64,000 nt of DNA, taken from positions 32,001 through 96,000 of the forward strand of contig CAVTLK010000002.1 of NCBI GenBank assembly GCA_963735595.1, written 5' to 3'. The notes below the pieces were generated by a model that saw only the letters and a program-made list of their open reading frames with translations, made no database searches and was not told the origin of the DNA. Positions within the stretch are counted from its first letter, which is position 1. Every line of letters starts with the position of its first letter. Below, piece after piece: positions 11,907 through 22,777 of the stretch. The stretch is from an uncultured delta proteobacterium. GTDB taxonomy: Bacteria; Desulfobacterota; Zymogenia; Zymogenales; Zymogenaceae. Both the position numbers and the translations under genes were made by a program.

Positions 11907-12322
11907 ATGAATCTCAGGGAGATAAAGGACATCATCAGGGCGATAAGAGGGAACGGACATAACGGAGATTGAGATCGAACGGTCAGGGGAGAGGATTAAA
12001 ATTAAACGGGGCACGCCCGGGTCCGTGGACGTGAAGGCCGCAACGGCGTCTGACGCCCAAGAGCGTGACCGAAGACCATGAGCTGGCGGCGGTGACATCC
12101 CCGCTCGTCGGTACGTTCTATCGCTCATCCTCTCTGGATTCTCCCCCGTTTGTCGAGGTGGGTCAGGAGGTCCATGCGGGGGATGTCCTGTGTATGGTGG
12201 AGTCGATGAAGCTGATGAACGAGATCGAGTCCGATGTGGACGGGATCGTCGTCTCAATCGTTGTTGAAAACGGACAACCGGTGGAATACGGGCAGACGCT
12301 CTTTCTGCTTGAGCCGCTGTAA
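11907..12322 (+). CDS. accB: Biotin carboxyl carrier protein (two apparent frameshifts)
   Basis: MNLREIKDII start at 11907; SPLVGTFY, ESMKLMNEI biotinylation site and PVEYGQ in ORF 12065..12322. Confidence 0.88.
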
Positions 12323-12329
12323 CGGACGT

Positions 12330-13664
12330 ATGTTTCACAAAGTCCTTATCGCCGATCGGGGCGAAATAGCGGTTCGTATCATACGCAGCCTCAAAGAGAT
12401 GGGCGTCAACACTGTTGCCGTCTACTCTGTGGCCGATCAAGAATCGCTTCATGTCAGGACCGCCGATGAGGCGCTCTGCATAGGGCCGGCCGGTATCAGG
12501 GACAGCTACCTCAATTTTTCCGCGATTCTGTCGGCCGCCGAGATTACAGGGGCGGACGCGATCCATCCTGGATACTGTCCGCTCGCCGAGAACCTCGAAT
12601 TCGTCGAATCCTGTTATCACGTGGGCGTCACGTTTATCGGTACAGGGGTCAATTCGATGTCGCTAATGGCCGACAAGGTGGCCGCCAAGAACATCGCGGC
12701 GAGCGTCGGGGTTGAGGTCGTGCCGGGGAGCGTGGAAGCCATAGGGGATGAGCGGGAGGCGCTGTCCGTGGCCGATTCCCTCGGTTTTCCGGTTATCCTC
12801 AAGGCAGTTGGCGGCGGAGGAGGCAGGGGCGTCAAGGTTGTCGGCGACCGGGGGGGGTTTGCATCGGCCTTTGAGCAGTCTAAAAAGGAAGCGCAGAGTT
12901 ATCTTAAGAATCCGGGCATCTATATCGAGAAGTATCTTCAAAAGGCCAGACACATAGAGTTTCAGATCGTTGCAGACAACGCCGGCAACACTATTCACCT
13001 CGGTGAGCGTGATTGCACGATACAGCGCCGGTATCAAAAGATAATCGAAGAGTCGCCGGCGTTCGGACTTACCGATGAGATGCAAAAGGGGATGGGTGAG
13101 GCGGCCGTCCGCTTCGCCCGTTCGGTTGGGTATTCGAATATTGGAACGGTGGAATTTCTCCTTACCGAGGACCAACGCTTCTACTTTCTTGAGATGAACA
13201 CCCGTATCCAGGTGGAGCACGGTATTACCGAGATGGTTACGGGCATCGACGTTGTCAAGGAACAGATACGGCTGGCCGCGGGAGAGCCGCTGGGTTTAGC
13301 TCAGGAGGACGTGGTGCTTACCGGACACGGCATTGAATGCCGAATTACGGCTGAAGACCCGTTCAGGTTTACCCCTTCTTCCGGCACGATTACACAGTAT
13401 ATCCCGGCCGGCGGCCCGGGAGTTCGCGTCGATTCGGCAATCTACTGCGGCGCGCACGTTAATCCATACTATGATTCTCTCGTTGCGAAGCTGATTGTTT
13501 GCTCTCCCGATCGGGCAAGCGCAATCGGGCGCATGAGGAGGGCCCTCTCCGAATTCGTCATAGAGGGGATCGAAACGACAATACCCCTATACAGGAAGAT
13601 AATGGTTGATCCTATATTTATTGGCGGTTACAACGATTCGAGCTTTCTCGAAAAATATATCTAA
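12330..13664 (+). CDS. accC: Biotin carboxylase
   Basis: RGEIAVR, HPGY, GGGGRG, EMNTRIQVEH and YYDSL motifs; follows accB. Confidence 0.92.
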   Translation: MFHKVLIADRGEIAVRIIRSLKEMGVNTVAVYSVADQESLHVRTADEALCIGPAGIRDSYLNFSAILSAAEITGADAIHPGYCPLAENLEFVESCYHVGVTFIGTGVNSMSLMADKVAAKNIAASVGVEVVPGSVEAIGDEREALSVADSLGFPVILKAVGGGGGRGVKVVGDRGGFASAFEQSKKEAQSYLKNPGIYIEKYLQKARHIEFQIVADNAGNTIHLGERDCTIQRRYQKIIEESPAFGLTDEMQKGMGEAAVRFARSVGYSNIGTVEFLLTEDQRFYFLEMNTRIQVEHGITEMVTGIDVVKEQIRLAAGEPLGLAQEDVVLTGHGIECRITAEDPFRFTPSSGTITQYIPAGGPGVRVDSAIYCGAHVNPYYDSLVAKLIVCSPDRASAIGRMRRALSEFVIEGIETTIPLYRKIMVDPIFIGGYNDSSFLEKYI

Positions 13665-13793
13665 CTCCGTTAGTGATCGGCCGGGCCCGAACCCGAGTCA
13701 CGGCGAAGCGGCGCCGTCACCCCATAGTGTATTGACTTTTCAGCCGATATGTAGTATTTTTTAAAAAGACTTATTTCCTTTAAATTCCGTCGT

Positions 13794-16217
13794 ATGGCCC
13801 TTGATAAGAACAAGACGATCCTGCTCGCACAGAAGTATATCCAGAAGGGGATGTATGACCGCGCTATTAAGGAACTGGCCGGTATTGTACGTCAAGACCC
13901 GAAGGATATCAAGGTACGCCAAAAGCTCGGCGATCTGTACGCCCGCGAGAACAAGAGATCTGAGGCATTGGCGGAATATAACTACGTCGCCAAGTTCTAT
14001 GCCGATGACGGATTCTATCTTCGTGCAATCGCTCTGTATAAGCAGATCCTGAAGCTTGATCCTACCCAAATAGCGATTAACCTCAAGCTTGCCGAGCTAT
14101 ACCACAAACAGAACCTCAACGGCGATGCAATCCAGCAATTCCAGCTCGTCTACCAGTTCCATGAGCGCAAAGGAGACACCGTACGCGCGCTGGAGACGCT
14201 GGATAAGATGGCCGAAATGGCCCCCGGTAACCTTCAGTTGCGTATGCGGCTTGCCGATGCCTACTATCGTAACGGAAACATCGACCATAGTCTGGACGAA
14301 TACGTCAAAATCGGGGAGCAGCTCAAGAAAGACGGCCGCATCGACGATATGATAAGCCTCTACGAAAAGCTTATAAAACACCATCCGCAGCGTTTGGATA
14401 TGATCACGGAGGTTGCGGATACCTATCTCAAGGCCAATAAGAAGGACATGGCAGAGGCCCGTATTGATATGGGTTTGGGGGTAGCCCCCGATTCAATGAA
14501 ACTCCTCTATCTCAAGTCGAGACTCTGCCTGGAGCGGGACAGTCACCAGGTAACTATTGAAATTCTCAATCGAATCCTCAAGGCGGACCCCGAGTTTATC
14601 TCAGCGAAGGAAGACCTGGCCAGAATCTACGAAAAACAGGGCAATAAGGATGAACTGGAACGACTCTACACCGAATTAATGATCTCATTTCGAAAAAAGG
14701 TCGGGGGAGAGGAAAAGGCGGCCCACTACAAAGCCCTTTACGACAACCTGAAAAGCACCATATCCGAAGATATGATGAGCGCGGGTATCGGCTCCGGGTC
14801 CCTGTCGGGAGACGAAGACGAACCCTTACGGGAACTCGGCGAGGAAGATGTAATTGAGGTGGGCGAAAACGAGATTATCGACGCGGAGATCGTAGAGGAG
14901 ATCTCCGGCCCTGGACAGGCTCCTGAAGAGATCGATGAGTCTCTTGACAACGAGGGGCGGCTGGTTATGCTGAAGGTGGATACATACGTTAAATACGGCC
15001 AGTTCAAGGAGGCTGCCAATGTCCTGGGTGATTATACAGCCAAACGGGACGTAATAACCCCACGGATGCGGCTCGCGGAACTCTACCGGGAGCTTGCCGG
15101 CACTAGCGAGGATTCCGACCAATATTCCAGCCTTGCCGCGCAGGTGTATCGCGATATTTCGGCGATCGCCAAGAAGAAGGGCTATACAGCGCTTTCCAGA
15201 GATATGGCGGCCCAGGCGGCGGAACTGGGCGCGCCGGATTCGGCCGAGATTCCTTCCGACGTCGCCATGGAAGAGGTTAACGAGTTTGACGTCGTTATGG
15301 ACGACACTGAAGAGCTGGAGGCGATTGAGCAAGGCGACGATTTTTCGTCTATGGACGAAATCGAGGTTTCCGAGTCCATCGACGTCGGTGAAGCAGGCGG
15401 GGAGCCGATAGAGATTTCCCTGGATGAGCAGGGATTTTCCGACAATTACGAGACGGTAATCGAAGATAACGAGCTGCATGAGGTAAAAGCTACCCGCGAG
15501 CCGCAGGTCAGAGAATCTTCCGCCTCACCGCTGATCAATATGGCTCCGCGGGACGAGCCGCTCGGCGATGGGGAAGACTACTTTGATCTCCGTAAGGAAC
15601 TCGAGGAGGTCGTACTCGACGAAGACATCTCGCTGGAATCAAAGGGAGGTGCGGGCCTGCTCGGGAAGGACGATCAATACTCTTTTGAGGACGTCTTCGA
15701 TGAATTCAAGCGGGGCGTGCAAAAACAATTTGGGAAAGGGGATTACGACACACACTACAATCTGGGCATCGCCTACCGCGAGATGGGCCTTTTCGAGGAC
15801 GCGGTAACCGAGTTTCTCATTTCGGCAAGCGATCCGAAAAAGAGACTGGACAGCATTATTATGCTCGGGGTTACGCACCGCGATATCAACGAATACGGCA
15901 AAAGTATCGATTATTTTACGGAAGCCCTCGATACGTCCGGGATAAAGAAGGACGAGCGAATGGGTATCCTGTACGAGCTGGCCCTCTCCAACGAATATGC
16001 GAAACAGCTGGACGAGGCCGTCACGTTGTACGAGCAGATATACTCTCAGGATACGGGTTTCAGGGACGTAGCCGATAAGATTCGAACGATCAGGGGACAC
16101 GCGGGCCCACCCCCCGCTGTCAAGACGGCCACCAAAACCGAACCCTCAAGTCAGGACGGCGATAAATCCTCTCATACGGAAACCCCATCGAAAAAGGGGA
16201 AGATATCGTTTGTATAG
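13794..16217 (+). CDS. Large multi-TPR protein, SgmX-like architecture
   Basis: N-terminal TPR array, acidic linker, C-terminal DYDTHYNLGIAYREMGL TPRs, ends KISFV; synteny accC-TPR-ExeA-like ATPase. Confidence 0.75.
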   Translation: MALDKNKTILLAQKYIQKGMYDRAIKELAGIVRQDPKDIKVRQKLGDLYARENKRSEALAEYNYVAKFYADDGFYLRAIALYKQILKLDPTQIAINLKLAELYHKQNLNGDAIQQFQLVYQFHERKGDTVRALETLDKMAEMAPGNLQLRMRLADAYYRNGNIDHSLDEYVKIGEQLKKDGRIDDMISLYEKLIKHHPQRLDMITEVADTYLKANKKDMAEARIDMGLGVAPDSMKLLYLKSRLCLERDSHQVTIEILNRILKADPEFISAKEDLARIYEKQGNKDELERLYTELMISFRKKVGGEEKAAHYKALYDNLKSTISEDMMSAGIGSGSLSGDEDEPLRELGEEDVIEVGENEIIDAEIVEEISGPGQAPEEIDESLDNEGRLVMLKVDTYVKYGQFKEAANVLGDYTAKRDVITPRMRLAELYRELAGTSEDSDQYSSLAAQVYRDISAIAKKKGYTALSRDMAAQAAELGAPDSAEIPSDVAMEEVNEFDVVMDDTEELEAIEQGDDFSSMDEIEVSESIDVGEAGGEPIEISLDEQGFSDNYETVIEDNELHEVKATREPQVRESSASPLINMAPRDEPLGDGEDYFDLRKELEEVVLDEDISLESKGGAGLLGKDDQYSFEDVFDEFKRGVQKQFGKGDYDTHYNLGIAYREMGLFEDAVTEFLISASDPKKRLDSIIMLGVTHRDINEYGKSIDYFTEALDTSGIKKDERMGILYELALSNEYAKQLDEAVTLYEQIYSQDTGFRDVADKIRTIRGHAGPPPAVKTATKTEPSSQDGDKSSHTETPSKKGKISFV

Positions 16218-16271
16218 CGGCTGTCTTCAACGGGTCCGGCTTATGACCCATTCCACTACCACGGCGGTTTA

Positions 16272-17318
16272 ATGGAACACTACCAATTCTACGGCATGCA
16301 ACTGGATCCGTTTTCCAATACGCCGGACAATCGGTTCTATTTTAATAGCGATCAACATTCATTGGTATTGACCAAGCTGCTCTATATTGCCAGGTCGATG
16401 AAGGGCCTGGCCATACTCATCGGTGACGTAGGAACCGGAAAGACGACGCTGGCCCGCAGGCTTCTGATGTCTCTGTCCGATGACGAGTACGATGCGTCGA
16501 TGCTCGTAATCATCCACTCGGGAATTAGCGCAGATTGGCTGTTGACCAGGATTGCCGTTCAGCTTGGGGTAGAAAACCCTGCGGACGATAAGATAAAGCT
16601 CCTGGGGCAGCTCTTTGCGCGATTGAGCGAAATCCAGGCCTCCGGTAAGAGCGCGATCATCCTGGTAGACGAGGCCCAGATGCTCAAGAGCAGGGAAGTC
16701 ATGGAGGAGTTCAGAGGGCTCTTGAATATAGAGACGCCTGGCAAGAAGTTCATCTCGTTTGTCTTTTTTGGCCTGCCGGACCTCGAGGAAAACCTTAAAC
16801 AGGATGAACCGCTCAATCAAAGGGTCGCACTGCGCCTTCGGCTCCAGTATATGAATATCGATTCGACCGAGAAATATATAAAGCACCGCCTCAAGGTGGC
16901 GGGTGCGACGAAGATGCTGTTTACCCGGGAGGCGGTAGAGGAGATACAGCGGTATTCGAAAGGCATACCGAGGATCATCAATAACATCTGCGACAACTCG
17001 CTTTTGGAGGGAATGCTCGCAAAAGCGGACGTGATTGATCGCACGATCATTGAGCAGGTAGCCCGGGAACTGAGCCTCAAACCCGCTTCGCCTGATGAGC
17101 TGAGCCGAATTGAATCACATAAGGTAATAGCCCCGGGCGGCGACCGGGTGGTCACCGATGACAGGAAGCGGCCGGCTCCGGAAAATGCCCCCCGCACCCC
17201 GGTATCGGGCGCGGCGCCGCCAGGAGCACCGGTTGCAAGCGAAAACACGCAAACCGGGCAGGATTTGAACGAGACAATTGATATAGATAAAATACTGGAT
17301 TCCCTCGACATAGAGTAG
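16272..17318 (+). CDS. ExeA/GspA-family AAA ATPase
   Basis: PFSNTPD, Walker A GDVGTGKT, Walker B LVDEAQ, YIKHRL and GIPRIINNICD motifs. Confidence 0.9.
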   Translation: MEHYQFYGMQLDPFSNTPDNRFYFNSDQHSLVLTKLLYIARSMKGLAILIGDVGTGKTTLARRLLMSLSDDEYDASMLVIIHSGISADWLLTRIAVQLGVENPADDKIKLLGQLFARLSEIQASGKSAIILVDEAQMLKSREVMEEFRGLLNIETPGKKFISFVFFGLPDLEENLKQDEPLNQRVALRLRLQYMNIDSTEKYIKHRLKVAGATKMLFTREAVEEIQRYSKGIPRIINNICDNSLLEGMLAKADVIDRTIIEQVARELSLKPASPDELSRIESHKVIAPGGDRVVTDDRKRPAPENAPRTPVSGAAPPGAPVASENTQTGQDLNETIDIDKILDSLDIE

Positions 17319-17372
17319 ACCGTAAACGAGCCAAAACGGCCCGACCGCCCGGAAACAGCCGAAAAATATCTA

Positions 17373-17401
17373 TTGACAAAAAAACATTTTTCATCTATAT
17401 T
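17373..17401 (+). promoter_or_regulatory. Sigma70-type promoter upstream of tRNA-Gly/rimP operon
   Basis: TTGACA-17 nt-TATATT. Confidence 0.65.
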
Positions 17402-17511
17402 ACCATTTCTAAACATAGGTTCGTGCGGCTCTAGGATACCGGGGGATGCCGGGACTTGATATTTTGTCTCGCGACGAACGGAACACCGGTCGCGATAGAT
17501 CGATGCGATAA

Positions 17512-17587
17512 GCGGGCATAACTCAGTTGGTAGAGTGCAAGCTTCCCAAGCTTGATGTCGCGGGTTCGAACCCCGTTGCCCGCTCCA
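17512..17587 (+). tRNA. tRNA-Gly (CCC)
   Basis: 76-nt cloverleaf GCGGGCA...TGCCCGC-T-CCA, anticodon arm CAAGC-TT-CCC-AA-GCTTG, GGTTCGA T-loop. Confidence 0.97.
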
Positions 17588-17655
17588 TTTTTTACGTTTG
17601 GAAACGATGATGGACTTTTTGTGATTTGCAGTGTTGCTATGGGTCTACTTAAAAT

Positions 17656-17684
17656 AAGTGGGCTCTTGCGCCCGCTTTTTTTTT
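17656..17684 (+). terminator. rimP-leader hairpin/attenuator
   Basis: AAGTGGGC-loop-GCCCGCTT followed by a T-run just upstream of rimP. Confidence 0.75.
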
Positions 17685-17729
17685 GGCAGATAGTATCTAA
17701 CGGCTTTTAACGGTTTATTATCACGACGG

Positions 17730-18223
17730 ATGAACAAAGGCGAGGGTATCTCGAAGCGTTACAGGATACCCTCTGGGCATTAGGTGAGAAGGCCTGCGAT
17801 CTTTTTGGCTTATCGCTCATCGAGGTCGAGGTCAATCGCGGAAGGGGCAGGCTCCTGGTTCGCTACTATATCGACGGGCAACAGGGGGTCACGGTGGAAG
17901 ATTGCGCCCACGTGAGCCAGGCCGTCGGAAGATTCCTCGACGCGCAGGACCCCATCGACGGCCCATTTACCCTCGAGGTTTCATCTCCCGGGCCCGATCG
18001 ACCGCTGAGGAAAGAGGGCGATTTTCAGACGTTTGTTGGTAATACTATACGGATAAAGACGGATATCCCCATCGAAGGGCAGACGAATTTCTCTGGCAAG
18101 CTCATAGGGATTTCCGATGGACAGATTATACTCATGGGCGAAGGTGATAGGGAGTTTCGTATTCCTCATAAGACGGTAAAGAAGGCCCGTCTTGCCCATC
18201 ATGATATTCCTATAAAAGGGTAG
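17730..18223 (+). CDS. rimP: Ribosome maturation factor RimP (start uncertain)
   Basis: YID...VTVEDC and [12 protein letters not shown] motifs; frame open from 17711 but nearest ATG (17730) is one base out of frame. Confidence 0.9.
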
Positions 18224-18228
18224 GTCAA

Positions 18229-19728
18229 GTGGCGACGACAACAACAACGACAACATATACGAACCTGGATCATATCCTCGACCAGGTCGAAAAAGAAAAG
18301 GGAATCAGCAAGAGCGTTCTCGTCGAGGCTATCGAGGCGGCCCTCCTTTCGGCGGCCAAGAAAAAGTACGGCAACATGAAGGAGATTGAAGCGTCATTCA
18401 ACCACGAACTTGGCGAGGTCGAGCTCTTCGAGTTTAAGGAAGTCGTCGAAGAGGTTACCGATCCCGAGACCCAAATATCCTGCGAGGAGGCCGTAAAGAC
18501 GGATCCGGAAGCCGTCCCGGGAGACAGCCTCGGGTTTAAACTCGATATATCGGACTTCGGCAGGATCGCCGCCCAGACCGCCAAGCAGGTGATTATCCAG
18601 AAAGTACGCAACGCCGAGCGGGATAACGTCTACGAGGAATATAAAGACCGTATTAACGAGCTTATTACCGGGATGGTCCAGCGCTTCGAGCGTGGACATA
18701 TCTACGTTAATCTGGGAAGGGCCGAGGCGATTATACCGCCGAAAGAACAGGTCCCCCGAGAGGGGTACCGTCAGGGGGATCGGATCAGGGCCTACATCCT
18801 TGACGTCCTCAGGGAGTCAAAGGGACCGCAGATCATTCTCTCCCGAACCCACCCCGGGCTCCTGATTAAGCTCTTTGAACTGGAGGTTCCCGAGATCAGC
18901 GAAGGGATCGTCAAGATTATGGGGGCGGCCCGGGAGCCGGGCGAGCGCTCCAAGATCGCGGTCTCTTCAACGGATAAAGACGTCGATCCGGTCGGGGCGT
19001 GCGTTGGAGTGAAGGGGTCCCGGGTTCAGAGCATCGTCCAGGAGCTCAGGGGCGAGAAAATAGATATCGTCCCGTGGGTCGAAGACCCGGTCAAGTTCGT
19101 CTGTAAGGCGCTGTCGCCGGCGGAAGTAAGTGAGGTCATTATATACGAAGATGAAAGGTCGATGGAGATCATCGTATCGGATGATCAACTGTCGCTTGCC
19201 ATAGGCAAAAAAGGGCAGAACGTGCGTCTCGCCTCGAAGCTCGTGGGGTGGCGGCTTGATATTAAGAGCGCCTCGAAGAAGGAGAAGCAGTTTGCAGAGG
19301 CGGTCTATGCATTGGGAGCCGTTCCCGGTGTGGGCCTCGCAACCGCGGAGATCCTTTACCGAGACGGTATTGCGACGGTTGCCGATATTGTTGACGCGGG
19401 CGTCGATTATCTCGCCAACATCGAGAGCCTCGGCCCAAAGAAGGCGGAGAAGATCTACATGGCGGCACGAGCAATCCTTGCCGGTGAAAGCGTCGCAGGG
19501 GCCGAAACAGAGCCGACCTCCCTGCCGCCATCCCTTGGAGACCTTGAAGGGGTCGGCGAAAAGACCCGGGAGCTTTTGGTCGGTGGGGGATTTGACGAGG
19601 TGCGGAAAATCGCCGCAGCAAGCGTTGAGGAACTCTCCATGGTCCCCGGTATCGGGGAGAAGAAGGCCCAGGCTATCATTGAATCGGCAAAAAAACTCAT
19701 TGGTGAAGCTGTATCGGAAGAAAAATAA
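18229..19728 (+). CDS. nusA: Transcription termination/antitermination factor NusA with C-terminal HhH repeats
   Basis: [31 protein letters not shown] and [12 protein letters not shown] motifs. Confidence 0.98.
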   Translation: MATTTTTTTYTNLDHILDQVEKEKGISKSVLVEAIEAALLSAAKKKYGNMKEIEASFNHELGEVELFEFKEVVEEVTDPETQISCEEAVKTDPEAVPGDSLGFKLDISDFGRIAAQTAKQVIIQKVRNAERDNVYEEYKDRINELITGMVQRFERGHIYVNLGRAEAIIPPKEQVPREGYRQGDRIRAYILDVLRESKGPQIILSRTHPGLLIKLFELEVPEISEGIVKIMGAAREPGERSKIAVSSTDKDVDPVGACVGVKGSRVQSIVQELRGEKIDIVPWVEDPVKFVCKALSPAEVSEVIIYEDERSMEIIVSDDQLSLAIGKKGQNVRLASKLVGWRLDIKSASKKEKQFAEAVYALGAVPGVGLATAEILYRDGIATVADIVDAGVDYLANIESLGPKKAEKIYMAARAILAGESVAGAETEPTSLPPSLGDLEGVGEKTRELLVGGGFDEVRKIAAASVEELSMVPGIGEKKAQAIIESAKKLIGEAVSEEK

Positions 19729-19800
19729 CGATAAGGACGGTACCGATTGGAGCAGCGGTTCGAATGCTGCGGACGTCCACCGTGTGGGGGAATTGTCTTA

Positions 19801-22470
19801 ATGTCTAGGATGAAAGTCTTCGAACTGGCGAAAAAATTAAAAATCGAGGACGAGATCCTCTTACAGAGGATCCGGGATGTCGGCCTCGGAATAGAAGACG
19901 CCACGGAGACCCTCGAGTCGGAGGAAGTCAAGATCCTCGAAGAATTAATCAGGAAAGAGAAGACCGATAGCGTTATCGAGGAAAGGATCAAGCCGACCGT
20001 CATCAGGAGGAGGGCCAAGGAAAAACCGGCCGCATCTCCCGATGAAGACGTCACCCTCGAGGTCATAGAAGAAACGCCGGTCATTGAAACCGAGGCTGAG
20101 CGCGAGCCGAGAGCTGACACAGGTCCACGCCTCAAGACGGTAGAGAAGGAGCAGGCATCGGCTCCCCGTATTATCTCCAAAGAGGTAGTCAAGGAGCGTA
20201 AACCGAAGCAGGATGGCGAAGAGAAGCCGGCGGCAAGGGTAGTACGGGCGCCCGAGGCGGAAGAAGGGAAGCCCGCGACGCCCCAGCATCCTACCGAACA
20301 ACGGGAGGAGAGGGTGTTGGGCAAGCGGCTGAAGACCGTTTCAAAAGATGAGATGACCGAGATCGTTCGACCCAAGATCATACATAAGCCCCAGCACGTT
20401 GAAATAACAGCCGCCGACAGGAAAAGGCCCGTGCCGACCACCGGTGCCGGCGCCGATAAAAAGGCGGTAGTGGCCCCCGTTAATAGAGAGGCCGATAAGA
20501 AACGAAAGAGGAAAAAGAAGAGAGGGGATGTCGTTGACGATAAGGCGGCTATAAGACATCCCGTCAAGAAACGCGAGGTCCTTATTACGACGGAGGTTCC
20601 CGGAGTTACCGATGAGGTCGCTCGGGCCAAGCCCGGGCCGCTGGCCAAAAAATTCAAGAAAGCGCCCAAAACCGTCAAGAAGGCGATGCTGAAAACGGCC
20701 ATCACGACGCCAAAGGCAAGTAAACGCATCATCAAGATCGAAGAGGTCGTCACTGTCGGGGAACTTGCCAAACGGATGGGCGTAAAGGCCTCCGACCTCA
20801 TCAGGAAGCTGATGGAACTGGGCACCATGGCGACGATCAACAAGGTGATTGACCTGGATACCGCCTCGATTATCGCCCACGAGTTTGGATACGAGGTCGA
20901 AAATGTCGCTTTTGAGGAAACGACGCTCATCAAAGAGGTCGAGGATAATGAAGAGGACCTGAGCATCCGTCCGCCGGTTGTTACTATTATGGGGCACGTC
21001 GACCACGGGAAGACCACCCTCTTGGACGCCATTCGAGAAACAAACGTTGTGGGCGGTGAGTTCGGCGGCATCACGCAGCACATCGGTGCCTATGAAGTGG
21101 ATATAAAGGATAAGAGAATCGTGTTCCTTGACACCCCCGGCCACGAGGCCTTTACGACAATGCGGGCCCGGGGAGCCCAGGTGACCGATATCGTCGTCCT
21201 GGTGGTTGCCGCCGATGATGGTGTTATGCCCCAAACGGTGGAGGCCGTCAATCACGCGAAGGCCGCAGGCGTTCCCATCATTGTCGCGGTCAACAAAATT
21301 GATAAGCCGGACGCGAAGGCCGAGCGTGTCAGGAAGGAGCTCATCGAGTACGGTCTTGTCTCAGAGGACCTGGGCGGTGAGACCATATACGTCGAGCTTT
21401 CGGCCAAGAAGAGGCAAAACATCGGCGAACTCCTCGAGATGATCCTGATTCAGTCGGAGGTGCTGGAGCTGCGGGCCAACCCCGATAAGCCGGCCCGCGG
21501 CGTGGTCATAGAGGCCAAACTTGACCGGGGGAGGGGGCCCATAGCGACCGTCCTGGTGAAGGACGGGACCCTCAAAGTGGGAGATCATCTTGTGACCGGC
21601 CTTTACTCCGGCAAGGTGCGGGCGCTCATCAACGATCAGGGAGCATCCGTCGATCAAGCCGGGCCGTCGATTCCGGTTGAAATCCTGGGGCTTTCGGGGG
21701 TGCCGGCTGCCGGAGATCCGTTTAGCGTTGTCGAGAACGAAAAGACAGCAAAAGAGGTAGTCGGCCACCGGCAGCAGAAGGCCCGGGAAAAAGAGATGGT
21801 CATGCCGCATGCCCGGGCGAGCCTCGAAGAGTTCTATCAGAAACTGCAGGATGGCGTGAAAGAACTCAAGCTCATCATAAAGGGCGACGTGCAGGGCTCC
21901 GTCGAGGCGCTCTCCGAGAACCTCGTGAACCTCGGTAACGAGGAAGTGAAGGTCGTCGTCGTTCATGGTGCAACCGGGAGCATCACCGAGTCGGACGTGA
22001 TGCTGGCGTCGGCTTCCGAGGCGGTCATTATCGGTTTCTCGGTTCGACCGGAGCCGAAGGTGATGGAGCTTGCAGAATTCGAAAAGGTGGAGATAAAGCT
22101 CTATAATATTATTTATGACTGCGTGGACGATATAAAACGGGCGATCACGGGGATGCTTGCCCCGAAGCTGGTGGAAAAGACCCTCGGTCATGCCGAGGTC
22201 CGGGAAGTATTCTCGATCCCGAAGATCGGCTCAGTGGCCGGCAGCTACGTAACGGACGGCAAGATTACTCGGGGGTCCCGGGTTCGCCTGCTCCGTGATA
22301 AACAGGTCATCTTCGACGGGAAGATGGAATCTCTCAAGCGATTCAAGGAAGATACCAAGGAAGTAGCCTCGGGGTATGAATGCGGTATAAAACTCGAGAA
22401 TTATAACGACATAAAACCCAGCGACATTATTGAGTCGTACATAATAGAGGAAATCGCCGCGGAGTTGTAG
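19801..22470 (+). CDS. infB: Translation initiation factor IF-2
   Basis: [25 protein letters not shown] and ECG motifs. Confidence 0.98.
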   Translation: MSRMKVFELAKKLKIEDEILLQRIRDVGLGIEDATETLESEEVKILEELIRKEKTDSVIEERIKPTVIRRRAKEKPAASPDEDVTLEVIEETPVIETEAEREPRADTGPRLKTVEKEQASAPRIISKEVVKERKPKQDGEEKPAARVVRAPEAEEGKPATPQHPTEQREERVLGKRLKTVSKDEMTEIVRPKIIHKPQHVEITAADRKRPVPTTGAGADKKAVVAPVNREADKKRKRKKKRGDVVDDKAAIRHPVKKREVLITTEVPGVTDEVARAKPGPLAKKFKKAPKTVKKAMLKTAITTPKASKRIIKIEEVVTVGELAKRMGVKASDLIRKLMELGTMATINKVIDLDTASIIAHEFGYEVENVAFEETTLIKEVEDNEEDLSIRPPVVTIMGHVDHGKTTLLDAIRETNVVGGEFGGITQHIGAYEVDIKDKRIVFLDTPGHEAFTTMRARGAQVTDIVVLVVAADDGVMPQTVEAVNHAKAAGVPIIVAVNKIDKPDAKAERVRKELIEYGLVSEDLGGETIYVELSAKKRQNIGELLEMILIQSEVLELRANPDKPARGVVIEAKLDRGRGPIATVLVKDGTLKVGDHLVTGLYSGKVRALINDQGASVDQAGPSIPVEILGLSGVPAAGDPFSVVENEKTAKEVVGHRQQKAREKEMVMPHARASLEEFYQKLQDGVKELKLIIKGDVQGSVEALSENLVNLGNEEVKVVVVHGATGSITESDVMLASASEAVIIGFSVRPEPKVMELAEFEKVEIKLYNIIYDCVDDIKRAITGMLAPKLVEKTLGHAEVREVFSIPKIGSVAGSYVTDGKITRGSRVRLLRDKQVIFDGKMESLKRFKEDTKEVASGYECGIKLENYNDIKPSDIIESYIIEEIAAEL

Positions 22471-22471
22471 C

Positions 22472-22777
22472 ATGTTTGTCGGGGTGGGTCGCGTTCGGTT
22501 TTTTATCCATCACGCCAATTCCCTAAAGTCGAAACGGCAGGTGGTCAAGGGGATAACCGTACAGGTTCACAATAAATTCAATGCGGCATGCGCCGAGGTT
22601 GCCGACGGCAACCTCTGGCAGAAGGCGACGATAGGATTCGCCGTGGTGGGTAACGATGCTTCGTTTGTCAATTCCCACCTCGATAAAATCATCAACTATA
22701 TGGAATGCATCGAGGCGGCCGAGATAATCGACCACAACATTGAGATACTCAATTATTCCGACAGGGATTTTGATTAG
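22472..22777 (+). CDS. DUF503 (YlxP-like) protein
   Basis: SLKSKRQVVK...KFN...AEV...LWQ pattern, 101 aa, between infB and rbfA. Confidence 0.85.
   Translation: MFVGVGRVRFFIHHANSLKSKRQVVKGITVQVHNKFNAACAEVADGNLWQKATIGFAVVGNDASFVNSHLDKIINYMECIEAAEIIDHNIEILNYSDRDFD

Noticed and set aside
19729..19800. ylxR gene or ncRNA between nusA and infB
   Set aside because: The gap is only 72 nt with a weak 5-bp hairpin; no supportable feature
19455..21083. Long antisense ORFs (also 26647..27858, 29254..30549, 44106..45305)
   Set aside because: Shadows of well-supported genes in GC-rich DNA with no recognisable motifs
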